Below are positions 1 to 10,598 of a stretch of 64,000 bases of DNA, one piece after another. Numbering within the stretch: position 1 is the first letter of the stretch; every line of letters begins with the position of its first letter. Origin of the DNA: an uncultured Methanosarcinaceae archaeon (lineage in GTDB: Archaea > Halobacteriota > Methanosarcinia > Methanosarcinales > Methanosarcinaceae); the NCBI GenBank assembly GCA_963721455.1, contig CAVRJG010000033.1, forward strand, positions 32,001-96,000. The letters run 5' to 3'. The notes under the pieces are model-generated. The model was not told the DNA's origin, made no database searches, and worked only from the letters and a program-made list of their open reading frames with translations. The translations under genes and the position numbers were made by a program.

Positions 1-399
1 GCCACTGTAACCTACGGTTTTGAGAAAGAAGCAGGCAAAGGAACCGGAATCTTGCTCGTGGGCACTCCGAACTCGAATATTACAATAAGATTGCCTCAGG
101 GCTTTGATGCAGAGAGAATAGAAGGGCTGAATGGAAAAAATCCGGGATTTGAAAGCAACCTTGCCGTGCTCAAAGGCAGCTTCGACTCCAGCGGAAATAT
201 AACTCTCTGGCTTTCGGAGAACGAGAGTTCCGGGGGAGAATTGCAGGGAATAACAGAAAATACTGAGAAGGCTGTGGAAAACGAGAGCAGAGAAGCAGGA
301 AACCAAACCGTAGCTGCTGAAGATATAGCAGAAGCCCGGGAATCCTCAGGATTTTTCAAAAATGTCTTTACACAGCTTCACCTGAGTCCAAAAAGTTAA
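1..399 (+). CDS. 3' part of a hypothetical (probably exported) protein, truncated by the window edge
   Basis: The frame of ORF 52..399 is open back to base 1. Acidic low-complexity C-terminal region. Confidence 0.6.
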   Translation, partial: ATVTYGFEKEAGKGTGILLVGTPNSNITIRLPQGFDAERIEGLNGKNPGFESNLAVLKGSFDSSGNITLWLSENESSGGELQGITENTEKAVENESREAGNQTVAAEDIAEARESSGFFKNVFTQLHLSPKS

Positions 400-426
400 T
401 CTGGCTTGAAGCTTATTCTGAAAAAC

Positions 427-714
427 ATGCTCATTGAACAAATTCGGCTTGAAAGCGGATGCGCCCTTGGCCTCCGTTTTGAGATGCAAAAATACCCTCT
501 TCTGGTTATAAGGGCCGAAAAAGGGTTCCTGATGTGCGGATATCTGAATGTAAATGCTGCAGAGACGCTCGAGGATACGGCAGCAAAGGTAAAAGGCGTA
601 CAAAGCTTTGAAGATATGCTCAAAGCCCAGGTCGTCGAAGTAACTCAGTTAGCCAGGGAACTCGGGATTGAGCCCGGAATGACTGGCAGGGAAGCCCTTG
701 AAAAAATGTTTTAA
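427..714 (+). CDS. YunC/DUF1805 family protein
   Basis: ATG at 427. Motifs PLLVIRAEKGFLMCGYLN, AAKVKGV and LGIEPGMTGREAL are typical of YunC. Confidence 0.85.
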   Translation: MLIEQIRLESGCALGLRFEMQKYPLLVIRAEKGFLMCGYLNVNAAETLEDTAAKVKGVQSFEDMLKAQVVEVTQLARELGIEPGMTGREALEKMF

Positions 715-916
715 GAAAAAATTGCTTTTAACTAGAAGAATTGCTTTTAATTGATACTTATTCAGGCAATTTCTTCCGGATTTGCCGACTTCACTTTTTG
801 AGAAATTCCATTTAAGGGTTATCCTCGCATCAGCACAATAAATTTGAGATTATTTCCGAATTACACGCTACGAATATTATTTCGAACTATAATTATCAAC
901 TTATTCCGGATCACCA

Positions 917-1978
917 ATGTTATACGCTTTTGAACTCTCTGGAGAACATGAAGAACTGCCATCTGCCGAAGTCTTTGCCTGCCTCAAAATAGAGGGGCTT
1001 GATTACCGTCCCCATACCAGGACTGACCAGTGCCTCGTAGTGGATATAGCAGGCAAAGAAAAGGATGTTGAAAGAACACTTAGAGGCCCGATAACCGAAA
1101 GGCTGGCAATGACCCACCATATCCTCAAAGTTGTAGGGATTACCGAAAATACCCAGGACTCGGTCCTGAAACTTGCAGAGGCATTTGAGCCCTCTAGCTA
1201 TATCAGGGAAGGACAAAGTTTTGTGGTCAGGGCAAAACGGATTAGACATCATGTGGACTTTCCGGGCGAGTTTCTGGAACAGAAAATCGGAGGCTGCATC
1301 TACAGGAAGGGCTTTCGGGCAAACCTGAAAAACCCCGATGTGGAATTCAGGGTGATCCTGAGTGAAAAAGCTGTATTCGGAACCCTCCTGTCTTCTATCG
1401 ACAGAAGCGCATACGAATCCAGAACTCCCCAGAACAAACCTTTTTTCCATCCTGGAGTCCTCATGCCCAGGGTCGCACGCGCCCTTGCAAACCTGTCGGG
1501 AATAAAGCCGGGTGAACTCATTCTGGACCCCTTCTGCGGCACTGCAGGGATTCTTGTTGAAGCCGGGCTTGTGGGAGCAAGGGTTATAGGAGTCGATGCC
1601 CAGGAAAAACTTGTTGTGGGTGCCCGTATGAATCTTGAAGCCTTTAAGCTGGACTATGCTCTGATGGAAGGGGATGCCTGCAGGATTCCGTTTAAGGAAG
1701 CAACAATAAATGCAGTCGTTACTGACCCACCATACGGCAGGTCAGCAGCAATTATCGCCGAGTCCCTTGAAGAACTTTATTCCTGCGCCCTTGAAGAGAT
1801 CCACCGTGTCCTGAAGCCCGGGGGTATAGCAGTTGTAGTCTCGGACAAGGCAGCATTGGAATACGGAGAAAAAGCAGGGCTTAAGGTTCTTGAGGTTTAT
1901 GTCCAGAGAGTGCATAGAAGCCTTACCCGAACAATAACTATTTTTCAGAAAGAAGCGGGAAATGAAAATAAGAATTGA
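917..1978 (+). CDS. tRNA (guanine-N2)-methyltransferase Trm11/TrmG10 (THUMP + SAM MTase)
   Basis: THUMP-like N-terminus, LDPFCGTAG motif I and TDPPYG motif IV. Confidence 0.9.
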   Translation: MLYAFELSGEHEELPSAEVFACLKIEGLDYRPHTRTDQCLVVDIAGKEKDVERTLRGPITERLAMTHHILKVVGITENTQDSVLKLAEAFEPSSYIREGQSFVVRAKRIRHHVDFPGEFLEQKIGGCIYRKGFRANLKNPDVEFRVILSEKAVFGTLLSSIDRSAYESRTPQNKPFFHPGVLMPRVARALANLSGIKPGELILDPFCGTAGILVEAGLVGARVIGVDAQEKLVVGARMNLEAFKLDYALMEGDACRIPFKEATINAVVTDPPYGRSAAIIAESLEELYSCALEEIHRVLKPGGIAVVVSDKAALEYGEKAGLKVLEVYVQRVHRSLTRTITIFQKEAGNENKN

Positions 1979-2003
1979 AAATAAAAAATGAGATATGGAA
2001 TAT

Positions 2004-2029
2004 AAAAAGTGCCCTTTAAGGGCATTTTT
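2004..2029. terminator. Hairpin between convergent genes, probable bidirectional terminator
   Basis: aaaaagtgccct-tta-agggcattttt inverted repeat flanked by A/T runs. Confidence 0.55.
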
Positions 2030-2841
2030 TACTCATGAGAAATCAGTTCTTCAAGTACTTCTGCCATAACCCTGTGCCTCAGGATGCGTTTCTGGTTCTG
2101 CTCACCTGCTCTCCTTATGGAATAATTGTCATCGATCCATCCTATAAAATCCTCTTTGTAATTCACTTTCATAAGGGTCAACCCATAGGCAGGAGCAGGT
2201 TCGATTCCTTCTTCATATATATCGGGATTTAGCATCTGAAGCAGCCAGTCATTATCACGTACTCCTTTTCCGATCATGGAAAGTGCGGTCACTATTTTTC
2301 GGACCATATTCCAGAGGAAACTATGTCCAACAACATCGATTTTGGTAAGCTCTCCGTCTACGCGGGCATTTATCATTTCCAGGGTGCGAATCGTACTCTT
2401 TTCTCCATTGGTTCTTGAAAAGTTTTCAAAATCATGGGTCCCGATCAGCAATTTTGAAGCTTCCCGGATCCTGGAGATATTGTACTCTTCCCCGCTCATC
2501 ACATAGCGGTAGTGTCTGGAAACCGCATCTCTCCGAGCGTCAAAGTCGAGGGGCACTTCCGCATGGGCCCATGCCCAGATTGTTGGGGGAAGTTCGGAGT
2601 TTATGACCCTTGGAATTGCCAGGTTCGGTTTGTCCGTGTCAAAAGCGACAACCTGCTCAAGGGCGTGGACCCCAGCGTCGGTCCTGCCAGCACAGGTATA
2701 ATTAGCAGACTTGGGGCTTTCTATGATCCCGAGATTCCGAAGAGCCTTGAAGAGTTCTCCCTCCACGGTCTCGACATTGGGCTGGATCTGGGAGCCGTGA
2801 AACTCGGTGCCTATGTATGCAAGCTTTAAAGCGACTCTCAT
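2029..2841 (-). CDS. truA: tRNA pseudouridine(38-40) synthase TruA
   Basis: AGRTDAGVHA catalytic motif, GTHDFENF and SFLWNMVRKIV. Confidence 0.95.
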   Translation of the reverse strand: MRVALKLAYIGTEFHGSQIQPNVETVEGELFKALRNLGIIESPKSANYTCAGRTDAGVHALEQVVAFDTDKPNLAIPRVINSELPPTIWAWAHAEVPLDFDARRDAVSRHYRYVMSGEEYNISRIREASKLLIGTHDFENFSRTNGEKSTIRTLEMINARVDGELTKIDVVGHSFLWNMVRKIVTALSMIGKGVRDNDWLLQMLNPDIYEEGIEPAPAYGLTLMKVNYKEDFIGWIDDNYSIRRAGEQNQKRILRHRVMAEVLEELISHE

Positions 2842-2853
2842 ACCAATCTCCGA

Positions 2854-3771
2854 TTATTTGGCTTTTTTCTTATAATAGACTTCTCTTACAATCATCAGAA
2901 ATACTATAAAAATACACCCGAAAAGAAACCAGACTCCAGGGTGAAGAGAAAGAGTATCATAAAGCCCGTGAATCCCGCCTACGTGAGCGAGCCCTTCAGA
3001 CGGGACAGGAGGAAGCCCATGAGCGGAATCTAGACCGTCTGGAACGGACATGGGAACTTCAGGAGCTCCCTGAGCCGGGCCGGCTTCCAATCCAGAAGAG
3101 ACATTCCCTGTTCCGGCTTTCAAAGCCTCAGAACTTGCATTCAGGGCTCCTTCTGGCATCTGCTGGTCGAGAGCTAACTTCGGGCTCATATTGTTGCTCT
3201 CGTTGACTCCCGTAACCATTGCTTCGGGGAAAGCCTCATTTGCTGCCTCCGGTATCCCCATTCTCAAAGGAACAGTTGCATCAACGATTCTTTTTGCCTG
3301 CATATAGGCTGAAAAGTATTCTATCCCTGCAGCTGCAAAAAAGGCAGCTCCGATTACCCCGATATATTTCTGCAACAGACTTATGATAGAGAGCTTGTCC
3401 ATAGAGTTCCTCGAAGGAACAAGGACAATCAGCTTTTCCACTGACTCGTAGATTTTTATCTGCCGCCCTTTCTGGCTCCATTTAATTTGTTTGACTTTTA
3501 TAAGATCGGATTCGAACAGAGAATCAAGATTATACTTGACAGTGGTGAGGGGGATATTCAGCTCCTCTGCAATATTGGTTGCAGACATGCTTTTTTTCCC
3601 TAGCAGTTCAAGGATCTTCAATGATGTTTCATTGGAAAGAATCTGCGTTATTTTTCTGGATTCCCCATTTACCGGGAGAAAAAGCACCCTGCTGCCCGGC
3701 TCCATACGTTCAGGCGCCTGCGGAGGCTCGTCGGGTTCCGATAAACCGTCTCGATCTTCAAGCCCGTCCAT
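2854..3771 (-). CDS. ArsR-type HTH regulator with two transmembrane segments
   Basis: N-terminal wHTH (LSNETSLKILELL...IAEELNIPLTTVKYNL), with hydrophobic segments at about aa 137-155 and at the C-terminus. Confidence 0.75.
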   Translation of the reverse strand: MDGLEDRDGLSEPDEPPQAPERMEPGSRVLFLPVNGESRKITQILSNETSLKILELLGKKSMSATNIAEELNIPLTTVKYNLDSLFESDLIKVKQIKWSQKGRQIKIYESVEKLIVLVPSRNSMDKLSIISLLQKYIGVIGAAFFAAAGIEYFSAYMQAKRIVDATVPLRMGIPEAANEAFPEAMVTGVNESNNMSPKLALDQQMPEGALNASSEALKAGTGNVSSGLEAGPAQGAPEVPMSVPDGLDSAHGLPPVPSEGLAHVGGIHGLYDTLSLHPGVWFLFGCIFIVFLMIVREVYYKKKAK

Positions 3772-3961
3772 GCTTATTTCCTGGGTTAAAAACCTGCCTA
3801 TTGTTATTCAGTCTGTACTTTAGTTTACACTGATCTGAATATAAAGTTTTATTTTTTGTGGGTAAATATACATCCACTACTATATTTATATATAGAATCC
3901 AGACCTTAACCTTAAATATAACATTGTATATTCTAATCTAAATTTTCCGCTGGTACCAATC

Positions 3962-5032
3962 ATGATAACAAAACAGCAGGTTCTTGAATTTCTGAAAAAT
4001 TACGATTTAGAAAACATTACAATTGCAACAGTCTGCTCTCACTCAAGCCTTCAAATATTTGATGGAGCTAGAAAAGAAGGCTTCAGAACTCTGGGAATCT
4101 GCGTTGGTAAACCTCCGAAATTTTATGAAGCATTTCCCAAGGCAAAGCCAGATGAGTACCTTGTCGTTGAAAGTTATGAAGACATAATGAATAAGGCTGA
4201 GGAACTTAGAAAGAAAAACACTATCATCATTCCACACGGTTCATTTGTTGCTTACCTGGGGACGGAAAATTTTGCAAAGATGGCTGTGCCTACATTCGGG
4301 AACCGGGCTGTACTTGAATGGGAATCGGACAGGGATAAAGAAAGGGAGTGGTTGCTCGGAGCAGGCATCCACATGCCCGGAAAAATCGATGACCCTCACG
4401 ATATCAATGGGCCTGTAATGGTTAAGTATGATGGAGCAAAGGGAGGAAAAGGTTTCTTCGTTGCGAAAACCTTTGAAGAATTCGATGAGCTCTTAGACCA
4501 TACCCAGAAGTACACAATTCAGGAATTTATTACCGGAACCCGTTATTACCTTCACTACTTCTACTCTCCGATCAGAAATGAGGGATATACTTTAAGCGAG
4601 GGCAGCCTTGAGCTTCTTAGCATGGACCGCAGGGTAGAGTCCAATGCCGATGAAATCTTCAGGCTGGGCTCACCCAGAGAACTTATAGAAGCAGGTATCC
4701 GTCCTACATATGTTGTCACAGGAAACGTACCCCTTGTAGCAAGAGAATCCCTGCTGCCGCTTATATTTTCTCTGGGAGAACGGGTAGTTGAAGAGTCTCT
4801 GGGCCTTTTTGGCGGGATGATAGGAGCTTTCTGCCTTGAAACTGTTTTCACGGATTCGCTTGAGATTAAGGTATTTGAGATTTCGGCAAGGATTGTCGCA
4901 GGGACAAACCTTTACATCTCAGGTTCCCCTTACGCAGACCTGATGCAGGAAAACCTCTCCACCGGGCGGAGAATGGCCCAGGAAATCAAAATAGCAGCTC
5001 AGACAAACCAGCTGGATAAAATAATATCCTGA
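3962..5032 (+). CDS. purP: 5-formaminoimidazole-4-carboxamide ribonucleotide synthetase (ATP-grasp)
   Basis: IATVCSHSSLQI, IPHGSF, GAKGGKGFF and FEISARIVAGTN motifs. Confidence 0.92.
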   Translation: MITKQQVLEFLKNYDLENITIATVCSHSSLQIFDGARKEGFRTLGICVGKPPKFYEAFPKAKPDEYLVVESYEDIMNKAEELRKKNTIIIPHGSFVAYLGTENFAKMAVPTFGNRAVLEWESDRDKEREWLLGAGIHMPGKIDDPHDINGPVMVKYDGAKGGKGFFVAKTFEEFDELLDHTQKYTIQEFITGTRYYLHYFYSPIRNEGYTLSEGSLELLSMDRRVESNADEIFRLGSPRELIEAGIRPTYVVTGNVPLVARESLLPLIFSLGERVVEESLGLFGGMIGAFCLETVFTDSLEIKVFEISARIVAGTNLYISGSPYADLMQENLSTGRRMAQEIKIAAQTNQLDKIIS

Positions 5033-5278
5033 GAAGACAATGCCATAAAACTGTCTGGGATATAAAACAGTCCGAAACTTTCAGAAATCTACTTTTTGTG
5101 GGTTGAGCGAATCTCTTAACCCCAAACTTTCAGATCTTTTTTTACAAACATAAATGCTTAATTTCACTTTGGAGATATCTCTGGACTTGCTCAACCCTGA
5201 AAAATTCATAAGTCCGGACTTTTATTCAGTGGGAAATGAGTAAATTATTTTAAATAGTTTTCAGTCCGATATTATCAG

Positions 5279-6616
5279 ATGCCAAAAGTAGAAAATAAAG
5301 AGTCAAGGCCTATTTTTGGAGGAAAAGTTACCGGGGCATTGCGTGTGCTTGGAAACGAAGAAAACCCCGGAGAAGGGCTTCTGTCCATTGGAAATTACAT
5401 GGCACTTGACCATTCCCGGGGAGCTGCCGTTTATCTTGATGCCCTGAAGCCTCATGCCATTTTGATCTGCGGAAAAAGAGGATACGGAAAATCCTATACT
5501 ATGGGCTGCATGCTGGAGGAACTTGCCCTTCTGGAACCGGCTATTAAGAAAAGGCTTGCGTCCCTTATCATTGACACTATGGGGATTTTCTGGACAATGA
5601 GCCACCCAAATACTTTTGAAATGCAGAGGTTAAAAAGCTGGGATCTCGTCCCAGCCGGGCTCGAAACTGAAATTTTCGTGCCAGCGGGCAACGTTGAGGT
5701 TTACAGGAAACGAAACATCGATGTAAAGCCTTTTTCCATCTCAATCAGGGAACTTTCAGGAAGTCAGTGGTGCAGGATCTTCAATATCGAAGAGGTTTCC
5801 CCTCTTGGGATTCTGCTGGTAAGGGCAATTGAATCCCTCAGGGATAGAGGATACGCATATTCTTTTGAGGAAATTATCGGTGAGGTGCTTAAGGACACTC
5901 GCGCTGACCCGGCTTCAAAAGGGGCTGCTGAGAATTACTTCAGGGCAGTGAATTCCTGGGGCCTTTTTTCAAAAGAAGGTACATCCCTGTCAGAACTCGT
6001 GTCCGGAGGTAAAACAACGGTCCTTGACGTGAGTACTCTTGAAAATGAAAATGTATGCGCTGCAGCAGTATCAATCCTTGCAGGCAGGCTTTACGAAGCC
6101 AGGCTTGAAGCCAGAAGAGCCTATGAAAAGAAGCTTATGGGAGAAAAAGCCGGTGAGGAAGGATTTCCCATGGTCTGGTTCTTTATAGACGAGGCTCATA
6201 TTTTCGTACCCGCGAGGGCCGAAAGCCTTGCTTCCGGAGTGCTTATTAACCGCTGCCTCAGGCAGGGCAGGCAGCCTGGTCTCTCTCTGATCCTGGCAAC
6301 CCAGAGACCTGCAAGCCTGCATCCTGATGTTGTTTCCCAGAGCGATCTTCTTATCTGCCACCGTCTTACAGCAAGTGATGATATCCAGGCTCTGGAAACT
6401 TCCCGACCCCTTTATATGCAGGAAAGCCTCCAGGCGTACCTGAAGAAGATGGGGAGCGAAAGAGGAGCTGCGCTGATAGTGGATGACCATTCCGAGTCAG
6501 TCCATCTTGTGCGCATCCGCCCGAGGATAAGCTGGCACGGGGGAGGAGAACCGAGCGCTCTTGAACCTCATGCAGAAGAAAGAAGCGAAAAAACAGCACA
6601 TCAACTGCCGGAGTAA
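5279..6616 (+). CDS. HerA/FtsK-superfamily ATPase (DUF87)
   Basis: Walker A GKRGYGKS, Walker B FFIDEAH, RQGRQPG arginine finger and LATQRP. Confidence 0.85.
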   Translation: MPKVENKESRPIFGGKVTGALRVLGNEENPGEGLLSIGNYMALDHSRGAAVYLDALKPHAILICGKRGYGKSYTMGCMLEELALLEPAIKKRLASLIIDTMGIFWTMSHPNTFEMQRLKSWDLVPAGLETEIFVPAGNVEVYRKRNIDVKPFSISIRELSGSQWCRIFNIEEVSPLGILLVRAIESLRDRGYAYSFEEIIGEVLKDTRADPASKGAAENYFRAVNSWGLFSKEGTSLSELVSGGKTTVLDVSTLENENVCAAAVSILAGRLYEARLEARRAYEKKLMGEKAGEEGFPMVWFFIDEAHIFVPARAESLASGVLINRCLRQGRQPGLSLILATQRPASLHPDVVSQSDLLICHRLTASDDIQALETSRPLYMQESLQAYLKKMGSERGAALIVDDHSESVHLVRIRPRISWHGGGEPSALEPHAEERSEKTAHQLPE

Positions 6617-6803
6617 CTTATTTTTTAAATTTCCTCGGCAGATTTAAGATTAAAAAAGCTGGAATTGTTAACCAATTTTTATAGCCTGCCAGAAAATAAT
6701 TTAAATATTACCTGTGATACTTCAACCCTGTGAATGCAGCTGAGTTACAGGCTGTAAGTATTCTAATAATAGCATTTAATTGCAGCAAACCACTGGTGAT
6801 GTT

Positions 6804-7292
6804 ATGAAAGGAAAAGCCTGGAAATTCGGAGATGACGTGGATACGGATGCAGTAATTCCCGGAAGGTACCTGATTTACAATACCCCTGAGGAGCTTGCAA
6901 AGTACACGTTTGAAGGCGTGCGCCCTGAATTTGCAAAAAACGTTCACGAAAATGATATCGTGGTCGCTGGAAGCAATTTTGGCTGCGGTTCCTCGCGCGA
7001 ACATGCGCCCCTTGCCCTGAAAGGGTCAAAAGTGGCCTGTGTAATTGCAAAGTCTTTTGCAAGGATTTTTTTCAGGAACGCAATAAATATTGGAGTCCCT
7101 GTCCTGGAATGTCCGGACACTGACAGGATCGATGACGGAAACGAGCTTGAAGTAGACCTTGCGACAGGAGTTATCGAAAATAAAACAAAAGGTGAGACCT
7201 ACCAGGCAACCCCCCTCCCTGATTTCGTGCGTGAGATCGTGGATGAGGGAGGGCTTATTGAATATGCCAGAAAAATGGTCTCTGAGCGCTGA
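6804..7292 (+). CDS. leuD: 3-isopropylmalate dehydratase small subunit
   Basis: [26 protein letters not shown] and [14 protein letters not shown]. Adjacent to leuB. Confidence 0.88.
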   Translation: MKGKAWKFGDDVDTDAVIPGRYLIYNTPEELAKYTFEGVRPEFAKNVHENDIVVAGSNFGCGSSREHAPLALKGSKVACVIAKSFARIFFRNAINIGVPVLECPDTDRIDDGNELEVDLATGVIENKTKGETYQATPLPDFVREIVDEGGLIEYARKMVSER

Positions 7293-7387
7293 AAAACAGA
7301 AAATCTGTCCGTAGACAGACCTGTCCGCGTTTGACATCTCACAATAAAAAAGGCAATTTTGCCTGTAAATTCGAAAGGAGTATAAAC

Positions 7388-8515
7388 ATGACGCAGTATA
7401 AGATTCCGGTCCTCCCGGGTGACGGGATAGGCCCAGAAATCATAGCCGAAGGTAGAAAGGTCATAGACGCAGTCGGCGAAAGATTTGGTTTTGATGTAGA
7501 ATGGATTGAATACCCGCATGGAGCAGATCATTACCTTGAGACGGGAGAATTGATTTCGGAAGAGGCCTTAAAGGAATTATCCGGCTACCCTGCCATTTAC
7601 CTTGGCTCCATCGGAGACCCCAGGATTGCCCCGGGCATCCTTGAGAAGGGAATCTTATTAACTGCGCGCTTTTACTTTGACCAGTACGTCAACCTTCGCC
7701 CGATAAAACTCCTGGACGGAGTCTGGACCCCGCTCAAAGACAAAACCTCAAAGGATATCGATTTCGTGGTCGTCAGGGAAAACACCGAGGACTTCTATGT
7801 AGGGATCGGCGGCAGGGCAAAAAAAGGAGAGAGCAAAGATCTTCTTGAAGTCAAAAGAACGCTCTACTCCGCGAAATTCGGGCTTGATATCGAGACCGAC
7901 AGCGAAGAAATAGGGTACCAGATAGGCCTGATTTCAAAGGAAGGCACAAAAAGGGTCATCGAGTACGCTTTTGACCTTGCGGAAAACCGGAAAAAGCATG
8001 TCTCCTCTGTGGACAAGGCAAACGTCCTTTCCGACATCTACGGCTTATGGAGAGAAGAGTTCAGCGCAGTTTCTGCAAAACACCCGGGCGTTACCAGGGA
8101 CTTCAACTTCGTTGATGCCATTACCATGTGGTTTGTGAAAAACCCCGAGTGGTTCGATGTGGTCGTAACCCCAAACATGTTCGGAGACATCATCACCGAC
8201 CTCGGAGCCATGATCCAGGGCGGCCTCGGCCTTGCCCCAGGCGGAAACATCAACCCTAAAGGCACAAGCATGTTTGAGCCTATCCACGGTTCAGCCCCAA
8301 AATACAAGGGCTTAAACAAAGTCAACCCGATTGCCACAATCTGGGCAGGTGCAATGCTCATAGAACAGCTCGGAGAAAAGGAAGCAGCGGACACCATAGT
8401 CAGTGCAATCCAGAAAAATATCCTGGACAGCAACGTCAAAACCTATGACATGGGCGGCAGGAGCAGCACCTCTGACGTTGGGGACGACATTACAAGGATA
8501 ATAAAGGGAAAATAA
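7388..8515 (+). CDS. leuB: 3-isopropylmalate dehydrogenase
   Basis: [25 protein letters not shown] and [18 protein letters not shown] before ATG 7388. Confidence 0.88.
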   Translation: MTQYKIPVLPGDGIGPEIIAEGRKVIDAVGERFGFDVEWIEYPHGADHYLETGELISEEALKELSGYPAIYLGSIGDPRIAPGILEKGILLTARFYFDQYVNLRPIKLLDGVWTPLKDKTSKDIDFVVVRENTEDFYVGIGGRAKKGESKDLLEVKRTLYSAKFGLDIETDSEEIGYQIGLISKEGTKRVIEYAFDLAENRKKHVSSVDKANVLSDIYGLWREEFSAVSAKHPGVTRDFNFVDAITMWFVKNPEWFDVVVTPNMFGDIITDLGAMIQGGLGLAPGGNINPKGTSMFEPIHGSAPKYKGLNKVNPIATIWAGAMLIEQLGEKEAADTIVSAIQKNILDSNVKTYDMGGRSSTSDVGDDITRIIKGK

Positions 8516-8774
8516 TCCAGAACTCCCTTTATTACATTTTCTTTTCTAATTAAGATAGAATTGCCGAAATTTTCGGCTCCCTTTATTGGAATTCAGAATT
8601 ATTTGTGATCAAATTTTTTTAAATTGAGAATTCAGGTTTCGAGCCGCGAGATCGACACCGAAAGTACGAAAACACTGCACAGTATGTTCGAAGGTGACCT
8701 GCCGACTTTCAGTCCGTTTTATGTAGATATAAGAGATATGATTCCGTGAAGGCGATATACAAGGGGCTTTACAG

Positions 8775-9386
8775 TCAAACACCATTTATATCGTCTAAGT
8801 AAGCTACATTATGGCATAACTTATTAATCAGATTTTTTTCATGGCTTACAACTAATACCCCAATATTCAGCTCTTCGACTATATCTAAAACTATATTCCA
8901 GATTTGAGCTTGAGTAATAGCATCTACCATTGTAGTTATTTCATCAGCTATTAAGAACTTAGTTTCAGGGCTTAAAGCTCGTGCAAGGGCGAATCTTTGA
9001 AGCTCCCCTCCGGAAAGCTCATTGGGCCACCGATTAAGCCAGCTCTTTTTAATTCCAAATGAATCTAAAATGTCCTGTGAAACAAGATGTCCTTCATTTA
9101 AAATATCTTTCATTTTCCATTTGGGATTTACAGCTTTTTCCGGGTGTTGAAAGACAAGCTGAACCGGATTATAGCCTTTTGACGGAATCTCTTTTCCGTC
9201 GAGAGTTACCTTTCCCTGATACTTATTTTCGTAGCCAGCTAATATCTTACAGAGAGTTGATTTTCCGCTTCCACTATCCCCAATCAGGCCTAATACCTCA
9301 CCACTACCTAAAGAAATATTAACATCCTTTAAAATCAAATTATTTCCATTATATCCGAAACTTATGTTCTCACCTTTAAGACGCAT
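8775..9386 (-). CDS. ABC transporter ATP-binding protein (Opp/Dpp/Nik family, NikE-like)
   Basis: GDSGSGKST, LSGGELQR and LIADE. Confidence 0.9.
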   Translation of the reverse strand: MRLKGENISFGYNGNNLILKDVNISLGSGEVLGLIGDSGSGKSTLCKILAGYENKYQGKVTLDGKEIPSKGYNPVQLVFQHPEKAVNPKWKMKDILNEGHLVSQDILDSFGIKKSWLNRWPNELSGGELQRFALARALSPETKFLIADEITTMVDAITQAQIWNIVLDIVEELNIGVLVVSHEKNLINKLCHNVAYLDDINGV

Positions 9387-10401
9387 TATTGCACCTCACC
9401 TCTCCTCCGTTGACCTTTTTTAATTGGGGAATACCCTGAGAACAGAGAGCTTTCTTTTTAGAGCATCTTTCATAAAAGATACATCCATCAATCACTTCAT
9501 CCTGCATTGGTTGATGACCTTTAATTGCCTGGAATTTGTTCTGGGGAAGGGCATTCCAGAGTGCGCGGGTGTATGGGTGCCTTAAATTCTCGCCATTATT
9601 TTTAAAATCTTCAACATTCGCTACTTCTAAAACCGTACCTGCGTAGAATACTGCAATTTTATGAGAGATTTTTAATGCAGCCTCTATATCATGAGTAATA
9701 AGTATCACTGCACATCCCTTATCTGCCATGTCTTTGAAGTAACTTAAAGTCTCATTCAACGTTTTTTCATCTAACCCCGGGGTCGGTTCATCCGCAATTA
9801 TGAGCTTTGAAGAGCTTATTACGGCAGTGGAAACCAGAACTCTCCGGGCCATGCCCCCTGATAGCTCATGAGGGAGCATTCTTTCAACACCCGGTTTTAA
9901 ATCGTATCTCCGAAAAATTTCACTCTGGAGTTTCTTCATTAATCCTTTATTTTTCTCTTCAACATCTCCTATCACCTGATTTGAAATTCTCATTAAAGGA
10001 TCAAGGTAGGTTATAGATTGAGGGATAAGGGCTATTTCTTTGCCTCTCAATTCTTCTTTTTTCTCCTGAGTAAGTATCTGGCCATTATATTCCATCTTAC
10101 CCTCGAGTTTTGAGTTTGAAGGTAGAATTCCTAAAATAGCATGTGCCAGAAGACTTTTACCGGACCCGCTTGACCCTACGACAGCCAGAATCTCGCCTTT
10201 ATAAGCCTGTATACTCAAATTAGAAATCACTTTTAACTCGGTTTGTCTAAGTCCTGAAGCATATTGAATGAACGAAAGTGAGATATCTTCTACTTTTAAT
10301 AGAGCTTCAGCTTTTTTCTTTTCTCCAGCAATTGTTTCAAGTCCGATGATTGACGCTTTTTTAGTATTTATTTCAGCTTTATTTCCCATATTCCACACCA
10401 T
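9376..10401 (-). CDS. ABC transporter ATP-binding protein (DppD/NikD-like, oligo_HPY C-terminus)
   Basis: GSSGSGKS, LSGGMARR, HPYTRAL and a C-terminal Cys motif. The start could be 10389. Confidence 0.9.
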   Translation of the reverse strand: MVWNMGNKAEINTKKASIIGLETIAGEKKKAEALLKVEDISLSFIQYASGLRQTELKVISNLSIQAYKGEILAVVGSSGSGKSLLAHAILGILPSNSKLEGKMEYNGQILTQEKKEELRGKEIALIPQSITYLDPLMRISNQVIGDVEEKNKGLMKKLQSEIFRRYDLKPGVERMLPHELSGGMARRVLVSTAVISSSKLIIADEPTPGLDEKTLNETLSYFKDMADKGCAVILITHDIEAALKISHKIAVFYAGTVLEVANVEDFKNNGENLRHPYTRALWNALPQNKFQAIKGHQPMQDEVIDGCIFYERCSKKKALCSQGIPQLKKVNGGEVRCNNAS

Positions 10402-10420
10402 CTAAATATAAATTTAACAT

Positions 10421-10532
10421 ATTTTTATCCAATGCATTTTTTATCCAATACATTTTGATCCAGCACATTTTGATTTAACACATTTTGATTTAACACATTT
10501 TGATTTAACACATTTTGATTTAACACATTTTT
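10421..10532. repeat. 15-bp tandem repeat (CATTTTGATTTAACA, about 7 copies, 5' copies degenerate)
   Basis: Directly visible between the permease and ATPase genes. Confidence 0.9.
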
Positions 10533-10598
10533 GAAGCCGGTTTCTGCTGCAAAAGATAGCTATTGGACAAAGAGTTTCTTCACAATACCGGATGAGAT

